Both the position numbers and the translations under genes were made by a program. Below, one piece after another: positions 7,908-14,918 of a stretch of 20,000 bases of DNA (position 1 is the first letter of the stretch; each line of letters opens with the position of its first letter). This DNA comes from an uncultured virus (IMG/VR IMGVR_UViG_3300034071_000245) (taxonomy: Duplodnaviria; Heunggongvirae; Uroviricota; Caudoviricetes), in IMG/VR virus record IMGVR_UViG_3300034071_000245; one strand, written 5' to 3'. The notes beneath the pieces are model-generated. The model saw only the letters and a program-made list of their open reading frames with translations, did no database searches and was not told where the DNA came from.

Positions 7908-7944
7908 TATGGCCCAGTCCAAGATCGACTTAAGCTGGGCCATA
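7908..7944. repeat. Intergenic hairpin downstream of rtcB
   Basis: Perfect 10-bp arms tatggcccag (7908-7917) and ctgggccata (7935-7944), extendable inward by G-U pairs on the minus-strand RNA. Confidence 0.75.
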
Positions 7945-7974
7945 TTCTATATGGTTAAGTTCAAGGTGAAGGGA

Positions 7975-9198
7975 TTAACCCTTCACATTTAGCACCTGAC
8001 GGAGACGATGCACGATTTCCACAAGGTCATCCTGTGCAGCCATGACCGCACCAATGTCCTTGTAGGCAGCCGGTGACTCGTCAATTACATCAGCGTCCTT
8101 ACGGCATTCGATACCCTCGGTCGCCTTGATATGATCATCCAGCGTGATTGCCTTACGAGCCGCATTGCGGGACATACGACGACCAGCACCATGAGAACAC
8201 GAACAAAACGAATCCTGGTTACCAAGACCACGGACAATGAACGAACCCGTACCCATCGAACCCGGGATAATACCCAGATCGTCCTTACGGGCACGAACCG
8301 CACCCTTACGGGTCACCCACACATTCTTGCCAAAGTGGTTCTCCTTAGCAATATAGTTGTGGTGACAGTTCACAGCCTTTTCATCAGAAACAACGAAAGC
8401 CGGTAAACGCTCACGAAGAACCTTTAGCACGGCATCCATCATTAACTGACGGTTAAGAGCAGCAAACTCCTGTGCCCAAGATACAGCCTCTACATAATCA
8501 TCGAACAGTTCCGTATGTTCTACAAGATAGGACAAGTCCTGATCCGGTAGATACGGCAGGATATGATAGCGTTCCATTTCACGCTTTGCAGCATCAATGA
8601 AATACTGACCAATCTTGTTACCTACACCACGGGACCCGGAGTGCAGCATTACCCACACATAGTCATCCTCATCAAGACACAGTTCGATAAAGTGGTTGCC
8701 CGTTCCCAGGGTACCCAGGAACTCAACATCCTTATGGGACTTGATCTTCGGGTGCTTCTCAACGATCTTCGCATAGCGATCCGCCAGAATGTTCCATGCA
8801 CCAGCAACATTCAGCGGCATATCAAGCCAGGTACCACGATCATTCTTACCACCGTTGTCGGTACGACCATGCGGAACCACGGACTCGATATGAGAACGCA
8901 GCGAGTGAAGGTTGTCCGGTAGATCGTTCGCCGTCAATGACAGACGAACAGCCATCATACCACAACCGATATCAACACCAACAGCAGCCGGCACAACTGC
9001 ACCAACCGTCGGAATAACCGACCCAACCGTTGCACCCTTGCCAAGATGGACGTCCGGCATAACAGCAACATGGCCCGCAATAAACGGGAGTGACGCAATG
9101 TTATCTAACTGGGTACGAGCATCAGCCTCGACCTCAACACCCTCGCACCACATCTTTAAACGCCCACCACGAGCGCCATCCACATACTGATATGCCAT
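7975..9198 (-). CDS. rtcB: RtcB RNA 3'-phosphate/5'-OH ligase
   Basis: MPDVHLGKG, GVDIGCG, GTGNHFIE, HSGSRG, NCHHNY, SHGAGR and DESPAAYK motifs. Confidence 0.96.
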   Translation of the reverse strand: MAYQYVDGARGGRLKMWCEGVEVEADARTQLDNIASLPFIAGHVAVMPDVHLGKGATVGSVIPTVGAVVPAAVGVDIGCGMMAVRLSLTANDLPDNLHSLRSHIESVVPHGRTDNGGKNDRGTWLDMPLNVAGAWNILADRYAKIVEKHPKIKSHKDVEFLGTLGTGNHFIELCLDEDDYVWVMLHSGSRGVGNKIGQYFIDAAKREMERYHILPYLPDQDLSYLVEHTELFDDYVEAVSWAQEFAALNRQLMMDAVLKVLRERLPAFVVSDEKAVNCHHNYIAKENHFGKNVWVTRKGAVRARKDDLGIIPGSMGTGSFIVRGLGNQDSFCSCSHGAGRRMSRNAARKAITLDDHIKATEGIECRKDADVIDESPAAYKDIGAVMAAQDDLVEIVHRLRQVLNVKG

Positions 9199-9213
9199 TT
9201 AATTTCTCCTTGT

Positions 9214-9396
9214 TTATTCTATAACTTCAACTCTATCTTCTGCCTGCATATACCAATCAGGTGCAGTATCGCTAACATTCTGTTCGTTTACAAACTTAAT
9301 ACGAGATTTTGCTTCTTCATAAGTATTGTATTCTTCGGTCCAATACTCTTGTCCCCAACCACGTTCCGACTCTAAAAGAAAGATACGATATCTCAT
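9214..9396 (-). CDS. Hypothetical protein
   Basis: MRYRIFLLESERGWGQ. Start at a TAATG overlap with a GGAGG SD. Confidence 0.7.
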   Translation of the reverse strand: MRYRIFLLESERGWGQEYWTEEYNTYEEAKSRIKFVNEQNVSDTAPDWYMQAEDRVEVIE

Positions 9397-9548
9397 TACC
9401 GAACCTCCACACAATTGCCACTATAACCAGACTTAAGAAGGTAGTAATTTATATAGCGTTTAACAGCTACTCTGGAAATGCCTCGAAAGACAATATCCTT
9501 ATTAGCACCCATATAGATTGTCAGATTGAAAGTCTGCACATTAGCCAT
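9396..9548 (-). CDS. Small hypothetical protein (50 aa, MANVQTFNLTIY...)
   Basis: AAGGAG SD and fills the gap exactly. Translated by hand. Confidence 0.6.
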   Translation of the reverse strand: MANVQTFNLTIYMGANKDIVFRGISRVAVKRYINYYLLKSGYSGNCVEVR

Positions 9549-9560
9549 TATATATCTCCT

Positions 9561-9788
9561 TTAGAAGTGAGCCGAGTCATCGTATGTAAATTCGTTAATA
9601 TCATTACCATTAGGACCGAATGCCTGCGACTCATCACCTTTAGCAAAGACAATCACATCACCTTCCGCAATCTCTCGCTGTGCCCTACGGTCCCAGAACC
9701 TATGAATAAAGTCTGGTTTGCCAAACACTTTGACGGCATTATTGTAACGGTCATCTTTGAAACCGACAAAGTGTAAAGCATTTTTCAT
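9561..9788 (-). CDS. Conserved hypothetical protein
   Basis: LHFVGFKDDRY...VFGKPDFIHRFWDRRA. Confidence 0.7.
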   Translation of the reverse strand: MKNALHFVGFKDDRYNNAVKVFGKPDFIHRFWDRRAQREIAEGDVIVFAKGDESQAFGPNGNDINEFTYDDSAHF

Positions 9789-9893
9789 TTAGTTCATCCC
9801 ATCAAGATAAGCGATAAACAGGACGCCGATTGTAAGACCGACCGTGAGTGTCATAAGAGCGACAATCTGCACAAACTTTGAATCATCAATCAT
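9789..9893 (-). CDS. Small membrane peptide (34 aa)
   Basis: MIDDSKFVQIVALMTLTVGLTIGVLFIAYLDGMN; GGAGG SD. Confidence 0.55.
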   Translation of the reverse strand: MIDDSKFVQIVALMTLTVGLTIGVLFIAYLDGMN

Positions 9894-9894
9894 A

Positions 9895-9978
9895 TTAGTC
9901 CTCCATGTTCAAGAGTGCGACAAGGGCGAGAATGCTGGGAACGCCAAACAGGATTATAAACATTATAAGGTCTGTCAT
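9895..9978 (-). CDS. Small membrane peptide (27 aa)
   Basis: MTDLIMFIILFGVPSILALVALLNMED; TAATG overlap. Confidence 0.5.
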   Translation of the reverse strand: MTDLIMFIILFGVPSILALVALLNMED

Positions 9979-10184
9979 TATACAACCTCTCCTATTGCAT
10001 CACCATAGTTATCAAACTCATTCACATCGATTCCGATCTTCGTGATATACACTTCATCGGACGAGTTATCAGACAAATAGCTGATTTCAGCTTCACGAGC
10101 CTTTGCATAGTCGGAATATATGCCTAAGCAGATATCACAACCCTCATAAGCATCAACAGCGTACCACAATCCGAAAACTTGCAT
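9978..10184 (-). CDS. Hypothetical acidic protein
   Basis: ORF with AAGGA SD in the early operon. Confidence 0.65.
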   Translation of the reverse strand: MQVFGLWYAVDAYEGCDICLGIYSDYAKAREAEISYLSDNSSDEVYITKIGIDVNEFDNYGDAIGEVV

Positions 10185-10188
10185 AAGA

Positions 10189-10356
10189 TTATCCTTTCAC
10201 ATTGATAGACTTGCCACGGGTAATGCCGCTCTTGGGGCGTTTAGCGGGCTTAGCCACTTTAATAGTGCCACCCTTTTCAAAATAGTTAATGAGAGCATTG
10301 AGAGTGGCCAGGTCGGACTTGAGGAGACCCTTGTTAACGAAGCGAGCATTAGACAT
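10189..10356 (-). CDS. Small basic protein (55 aa, MSNARFVNKG...FEKGGTIKV...)
   Basis: First ORF after a promoter, AAGGA SD. Translated by hand. Confidence 0.6.
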   Translation of the reverse strand: MSNARFVNKGLLKSDLATLNALINYFEKGGTIKVAKPAKRPKSGITRGKSINVKG

Positions 10357-10388
10357 GATGTTTTCCTTTGTTTCTCGATTATGGGTAT

Positions 10389-10435
10389 ATCATACAGGAA
10401 CGGAACCGATTTGTCTATGCGACATGTTGTCGCAC
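10389..10435 (-). promoter_or_regulatory. Sigma70-type early promoter with abutting palindrome
   Basis: TAGACA(10417-10412)-17 bp-TATGAT(10394-10389). Palindrome TGCGACA-TGT-TGTCGCA at 10418-10434. Confidence 0.75.
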
Positions 10436-10439
10436 CCTG

Positions 10440-10682
10440 TCACAGTCTCTTACTGCTAAGGCCCCGCTTAAGCAAGCGGAGGATTTTTGCCTCGATTTGC
10501 CATACCCTATGGTCAGATATACCGATTTCCTCAGCGATAGCGCCCAAAGTCTGGTTTTGATAGAAGCGCCTAACAGCGACAAAACGCTGGCGGGGTTCGA
10601 GACTTTCAATTGCCTCTTTAAGGACAATCTTAAGGTCCATTTCGTGCATATTGATAAGATCGACAAAGATGGGATTAGACAT
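10440..10682 (-). CDS. Stand-alone sigma70 region-4-like HTH protein
   Basis: LEPRQRFVAVRRF...TLGAIAEEIGISDHRVWQIEAKILRLLK matches the sigma region 4.2 pattern. Confidence 0.8.
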   Translation of the reverse strand: MSNPIFVDLINMHEMDLKIVLKEAIESLEPRQRFVAVRRFYQNQTLGAIAEEIGISDHRVWQIEAKILRLLKRGLSSKRL

Positions 10683-10683
10683 T

Positions 10684-10776
10684 TTAAACTCCCAGTTTGA
10701 ATGCGGCTTGAAATGCTACGAAGTCAGAAAATGACTCCGCATTTTCGATTATTAGAATATAGAAGCGATGTTTCAT
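10684..10776 (-). CDS. Small hypothetical peptide (30 aa)
   Basis: MKHRFYILIIENAESFSDFVAFQAAFKLGV fills the gap with a TAATG overlap. Confidence 0.4.
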   Translation of the reverse strand: MKHRFYILIIENAESFSDFVAFQAAFKLGV

Positions 10777-11096
10777 TATCGAACATCCGTGTTAAGTTTC
10801 GGTTTACGAGTGCGGATCAATTCACGCTCAATTTCATGAGCATTTGATTTGCCACGAACGATTTGAACCACCTCAACAGTGAATGCCTCAGGGCCATACT
10901 TGCGAATTGCAAGCGACAATTTCCACGCTTTATCTTCTGACATGGCCCGCTGGACATGTTTCTGCCAGCGGCGCTTAAGGGACTTAGACGGGGAACGATC
11001 ATTAACAATCGTGACCCCGATATATTCCCGCTTGCCAATAGCCAAGCTATAGATTATGTGATTCGTGTCGCTGCGGCGTTTGCGTTTCTTGATCAT
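10776..11096 (-). CDS. Small GIY-YIG nuclease-domain protein
   Basis: HIIYSL...EYIGVT, RWQKH, ERELI, KLN. Start moved to 11096, downstream of the promoter. Confidence 0.75.
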   Translation of the reverse strand: MIKKRKRRSDTNHIIYSLAIGKREYIGVTIVNDRSPSKSLKRRWQKHVQRAMSEDKAWKLSLAIRKYGPEAFTVEVVQIVRGKSNAHEIERELIRTRKPKLNTDVR

Positions 11097-11102
11097 GCTC
11101 AT

Positions 11103-11159
11103 ATAATAGGACAAAACGGAACGGAAGTCAAGCGAAAAAAGTGCGACAAGATGTCGCAC
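11103..11159 (-). promoter_or_regulatory. Sigma70-type early promoter with perfect upstream palindrome
   Basis: TTGACT(11131-11126)-17 bp-TATTAT(11108-11103). GTGCGACA-AGA-TGTCGCAC at 11141-11159. Confidence 0.8.
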
Positions 11160-11162
11160 CTC

Positions 11163-11204
11163 TAAGTCTTTGATTTTATTAGAGATTTCTGTAAGTGCTT
11201 GATT
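11163..11204 (-). promoter_or_regulatory. Two IHF-consensus sites
   Basis: TAAGTCTTTGATT (11163-11175) and TAAGTGCTTGATT (11192-11204) both read WATCAA-N4-TTR on the minus strand. Confidence 0.5.
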
Positions 11205-11231
11205 TTGCTTAGGATTGATCTATGTCAATCT

Positions 11232-11774
11232 CTACAAAATTGGTAGACTATTCCGCTGAAATGTCACCCACCGAGTTTCGGTCGTTTCGACCTTCTCTGG
11301 CGTAAAGAGGCACCATCCACATCTTACGGTGCCGTTACCATTTACAATTCTACCGTCTTCGGTTTCGAACTTGATCAGGCTGCTAACGATATGCAGTTTG
11401 GATAGTTGTTTGGTATATGCATTGCGCTTTTGCGTGGACAAAGGCTCAATTCTAATCAGCAGGAGAGCAGGGATCTTCCATTCATATAGACAACGATCCA
11501 GCAATTCATATTGGGCAAAGAAAGGAGGGTTGGTCACAACAGCATCGATATTCGCTGGCTTATCGCATGTGAGCATATCCAGCTTATCGATACCATCACA
11601 CATAGGATAAATGTCAGATGCATATGACACACCCGACAAGTTTTTGCTAATAGCACCATCGCCAGCGCATGGCTCCCACCATCTAAGGTTTGGGTCCATT
11701 AGATCCTTTGCCAGTAATACCGCATCAACCGGTGTTCTGTAAAAGTCACGGTCTGCACGGTCTCTCTTTCTCAT
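11232..11774 (-). CDS. Amino (m6A/m4C) DNA methyltransferase
   Basis: DFYRTP, SAM-binding WEPCAGDG, catalytic TNPPF. ATG at 11774 overlaps the upstream stop (ATGA) and has an AAGGA SD. Confidence 0.8.
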   Translation of the reverse strand: MRKRDRADRDFYRTPVDAVLLAKDLMDPNLRWWEPCAGDGAISKNLSGVSYASDIYPMCDGIDKLDMLTCDKPANIDAVVTNPPFFAQYELLDRCLYEWKIPALLLIRIEPLSTQKRNAYTKQLSKLHIVSSLIKFETEDGRIVNGNGTVRCGWCLFTPEKVETTETRWVTFQRNSLPIL

Positions 11775-12424
11775 ATGTTCCAATCCTTATGGTTGTTCAG
11801 GCCATTGTTTCTAACAGTTTCTTCGTCAAGAAACAGCCAATTGCTTCTCAGCTTGATCTTACCCGTCTTATTGATAGAGCATGAGGGTGTGGTCTTTGAA
11901 CCAGCTTTGCCAGCAGACGGCTTCGGCCAATCGTTTTCGGTTAGCTTGTCAGTGTATGTAATGCCAACAATGAACGGCACACCATTCTTCCACATCCATA
12001 TGACATTCAAAACAGAGGTCGTATAGACATGGTGAGCAGATGCATTCGTATCAATCTTAGCATCTTCGGCAATGAACTTTGATTTAACATCAAAGCCACC
12101 CTTCTTAAAGTCTTCTAATGTAGGAGACTCTAGCCACTTTTTAGCTTCTTTTGTATTGGGAAGAATGTCGGGATAGCCATCCGGATGGGGATTCGTCTTC
12201 AAGTCATCCGATTCATCGACCAACATTTGTGCAAATGCTTCGCCAATCCCGCCCGAGATATTTCTCATCGGAACATAGTTCGCAGGATCATACTTATGCC
12301 GCTTTTTGTAGGCATCTTTAAATATGGCGTGTGATTTGTTTAAGACTTTCTCAAGCTTGTCCATATCGAACTTATGGACAGGCGAGAACTTTAGATAAGC
12401 CTTGTTATTCCGTAAATAAGCCAT
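11771..12424 (-). CDS. PD-(D/E)xK nuclease, putative type II restriction endonuclease
   Basis: GIGE helix, GYPDI and GFDVKS motifs; coupled to the methyltransferase. Confidence 0.6.
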   Translation of the reverse strand: MAYLRNNKAYLKFSPVHKFDMDKLEKVLNKSHAIFKDAYKKRHKYDPANYVPMRNISGGIGEAFAQMLVDESDDLKTNPHPDGYPDILPNTKEAKKWLESPTLEDFKKGGFDVKSKFIAEDAKIDTNASAHHVYTTSVLNVIWMWKNGVPFIVGITYTDKLTENDWPKPSAGKAGSKTTPSCSINKTGKIKLRSNWLFLDEETVRNNGLNNHKDWNI

Positions 12425-12486
12425 GACTTATTCCTTTTCCTCAGCGACTATAACTTCTATTATACACTAAGGAAAAGGAATGTCAA
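12424..12486 (-). promoter_or_regulatory. Consensus sigma70 promoter embedded in an RBS-occluding hairpin
   Basis: TTGACA(12486-12481)-16 bp-TATAAT(12464-12459). Inverted arms at 12430-12444 and 12467-12481. Confidence 0.75.
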
Positions 12487-12504
12487 GGACTTTTTTGTTG
12501 TCAA

Positions 12505-12702
12505 TCAATGCTCATAAAAATCATCAACCTCATCGAAGTCATCCGTGTGTTCCATCCAGGCTTTCTTGAGGTTCTTGATGGGACGCTTTTTGTTAACATC
12601 GGTTTGCGGCCTTTCGAGTCGCTTACCACCATACTTCTTATCTTCCTCATATAGTTCGGCATATAGAGGATCGTGCTTGAAACTAGGAGACTTGTTTTTC
12701 AT
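12505..12702 (-). CDS. Hypothetical protein
   Basis: Start moved to MKNKSPSF, immediately after the SprT-like stop. Confidence 0.6.
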   Translation of the reverse strand: MKNKSPSFKHDPLYAELYEEDKKYGGKRLERPQTDVNKKRPIKNLKKAWMEHTDDFDEVDDFYEH

Positions 12703-12703
12703 A

Positions 12704-13108
12704 TCATGCAACCCTATAAAGTTTAAGTCCTTTAAGTTGAAGGTTATCACTCCAGGCTCGGAATGACGGACCATGTCCGAGTGGTTCATTGAATGTATGT
12801 TGGAATAAGTGTATCATTTCATGTGCTAGAATTTCTACAAACTCCTTCTTGCTACTAAACACCTTTGTCATTACTAGGATCGATCCTTTTTCTTTATCTC
12901 CTGGCCAGTAGAGAAAAAGAGCATGGACCCCCCTCGGTCGACCAATACGTATTTCATCGAACTCGGATAGTTTGTTGCCGAAAATTTGTTGATTAAGTAT
13001 GACGAACCATTCTTTGATGTCACCAATTGTTGGGCGGTATTTGGTACTGTCATACGCCAACTCCTTTAGAAGTTTACGATTGTGGTAGTAGTCCGGGGAA
13101 CGCTTCAT
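12704..13108 (-). CDS. SprT-like zinc metalloprotease
   Basis: LNQQIFGNKL, EILAHEMIHLFQ, GHGPSF. Confidence 0.8.
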   Translation of the reverse strand: MKRSPDYYHNRKLLKELAYDSTKYRPTIGDIKEWFVILNQQIFGNKLSEFDEIRIGRPRGVHALFLYWPGDKEKGSILVMTKVFSSKKEFVEILAHEMIHLFQHTFNEPLGHGPSFRAWSDNLQLKGLKLYRVA

Positions 13109-13508
13109 TGACCAACAACGGGGTTAGATATGGAACATTTAAATCTTTCTTGAGCATACCAGCAAACACATCGGCTTCCTTTTCCTCAAGAGACTCCAAA
13201 ATCTGAATTAGAATTTCAGTCTTTCTCTTATCGGTTAGGTCAGGCGACACTCGTGGGTTACCCTTAACGAAAAGATATACCCGTGATAAAGCCTCAGTCA
13301 TATGTCCGTAAGACATGCCAGCAGGCATTTGTTCACGCTTGAATGCAGGAATCTCAGTCACAGTATATTGAATGTCTGGGTTGAATGTGCCTAGCAATAC
13401 ATTTCGTAGTGCATAGGAGTCATTCTTACGGAGAACATCGATCCTATCCTGCTTTGTCTTAACATTGCGAAAGTCATCTAGGACTTCATAGATATTTTTG
13501 ATTGCCAT
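13074..13508 (-). CDS. Conserved T4-like phage hypothetical protein
   Basis: IYEVL...LIQILESL...EAFPGLL, a family typically found next to rnh. Confidence 0.75.
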   Translation of the reverse strand: MAIKNIYEVLDDFRNVKTKQDRIDVLRKNDSYALRNVLLGTFNPDIQYTVTEIPAFKREQMPAGMSYGHMTEALSRVYLFVKGNPRVSPDLTDKRKTEILIQILESLEEKEADVFAGMLKKDLNVPYLTPLLVNEAFPGLLPQS

Positions 13509-13516
13509 TGTTTCCT

Positions 13517-14377
13517 CTAAAAATCGTTTATGCTTTCAATCATCACTTTAAGGCCTTTGTCAATAAAGTAATTAAGCATCTTCTCTTTTGACGCAGGCTT
13601 AGCGTTATCAAAGGCCTCTACAATCTTCGCCTGTATCTCATTAGGTATATAGTCAAAATCAACCAACATCTGATTACGCTTATAACCACGAAGCATATCA
13701 TCCGTAGTGCAAAACTCAGTGGCATCCTTCTGCACCCATTCGTTAAGCTTTTTGCTATTTATGGGCTTCTGTCTTTCACCAGCAGCGAATGTATTGTCAG
13801 CAGATAGAAAGTTAGGAATGCCATCGCCACGATCACCCTTAATGATATGCTCCTTGATAAACACGGAGGGATTATCAATCTTGATGAACCGCTTTAGAAT
13901 AGGAGAATACTGGGTGACATTGGGATACTTCTGCAACTGACCGAAGTCCTTGTCACTTGAAAGAATGAGGACCTGATCATGGTTTGCATAACGAGCCGAT
14001 AGGACTGCAATCACATCGTCAGCCTCGGCACCATCAACATCGATAACCCTGTAGGGGAAATATTCTTTTAGTTCGTCACGGATACGATTGAGAGTATCGA
14101 AGATCAAACCCCAATCAAGGCCCGAAGCCTCACGGTCGACCTTACGCTGCGACTTATAGAAGGGAAAATAGTCACGACGCCAGTAATGCTTAGAGTCACA
14201 GCAAAGCACCACATTAGGATACTTAGACTTGAACTGGCGCACATTTGAGCGAATGGTATTGATGCACATATGGCGAATCAATGCCTCATTCATTTCGTTT
14301 TCTTTTGTAGCAAACTTGAGGTGCTGCATCAAGTTTGAGATTAGAACCTGATTGAGGTCTACAAACATGTAAGACAT
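13517..14377 (-). CDS. rnh: T4-type RNase H (5'-3' exonuclease/flap endonuclease)
   Basis: VDLNQ, YWRRDYFPFYK..R, EADDVIA, SSDKDFGQL, GDRGDGIPN. Confidence 0.93.
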   Translation of the reverse strand: MSYMFVDLNQVLISNLMQHLKFATKENEMNEALIRHMCINTIRSNVRQFKSKYPNVVLCCDSKHYWRRDYFPFYKSQRKVDREASGLDWGLIFDTLNRIRDELKEYFPYRVIDVDGAEADDVIAVLSARYANHDQVLILSSDKDFGQLQKYPNVTQYSPILKRFIKIDNPSVFIKEHIIKGDRGDGIPNFLSADNTFAAGERQKPINSKKLNEWVQKDATEFCTTDDMLRGYKRNQMLVDFDYIPNEIQAKIVEAFDNAKPASKEKMLNYFIDKGLKVMIESINDF

Positions 14378-14410
14378 AATATATTCCTTTTTGAGCGTAG
14401 ATTTATTCTA

Positions 14411-14812
14411 TCACTCTTCCTCTTCGGTGTCAAGACTTTCCTTTGCTTCGGAAAGTTCTTTTATCACCGTTTCAATCCGTTCACGGAGGTCTTCCTTAGA
14501 CATATCCTCTAGATCACCCTCGATTACGGTAATGTTCTTATCAACAAAATCGTGCAGGTGATGGTCGATATCAAACTGTCTATATACGGCTGCCTTTAGT
14601 GCATCCACAACTAGGATAAAGTCTTTAGCAAACTGTTTGTCCTGTACCTCGACATAGTAGTTATCCAGTTCTGTAATGATAAGACCTGTAATTTCATCCA
14701 CAATTGTATCGGCCAGCTTTTGATCTGCCTTCGCCTGCCGAGCCTTTAGATGCTCCTCGGGCACTTCACGAACGACCTTATTCTTTGGAAATTCTATTAC
14801 CTTGTCTGTCAT
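14411..14812 (-). CDS. Hypothetical protein
   Basis: MTDKVIEFP start, AAGGA SD, acidic. Confidence 0.7.
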   Translation of the reverse strand: MTDKVIEFPKNKVVREVPEEHLKARQAKADQKLADTIVDEITGLIITELDNYYVEVQDKQFAKDFILVVDALKAAVYRQFDIDHHLHDFVDKNITVIEGDLEDMSKEDLRERIETVIKELSEAKESLDTEEEE

Positions 14813-14918
14813 TTTTATTCCTTATTTCTATGTATGTACCATACAAGATAAGGCCAACGGTGATGACACCGGTAGCCATACCAAGATAGATCATAAACCA
14901 GATGCAATCAATGATCAT
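14778..14918 (-). CDS. Small membrane protein (46 aa)
   Basis: MIIDCIWFMIYLGMATGVITVGLILYG..., ATGA overlap. Translated by hand. Confidence 0.45.
   Translation of the reverse strand: MIIDCIWFMIYLGMATGVITVGLILYGTYIEIRNKNDRQGNRISKE

Noticed and set aside
7752..7943. 63-aa ORF from the track (MAQLKSILDW...)
   Set aside because: It starts inside a hairpin with no SD. The overlapping frame 7885-7709 has GAGGAG and a recognisable motif
6809..11159. Palindromes as a CRISPR array or transposon ends
   Set aside because: Spacing is irregular and kilobase-scale with genes between, each copy is tied to a promoter, and there are no cas or transposase genes
6845..11253. 12-nt direct repeat ggtagactattc at 6845 and 11242, both near gene ends
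   Set aside because: Several 12-mer matches are expected by chance in 20 kb
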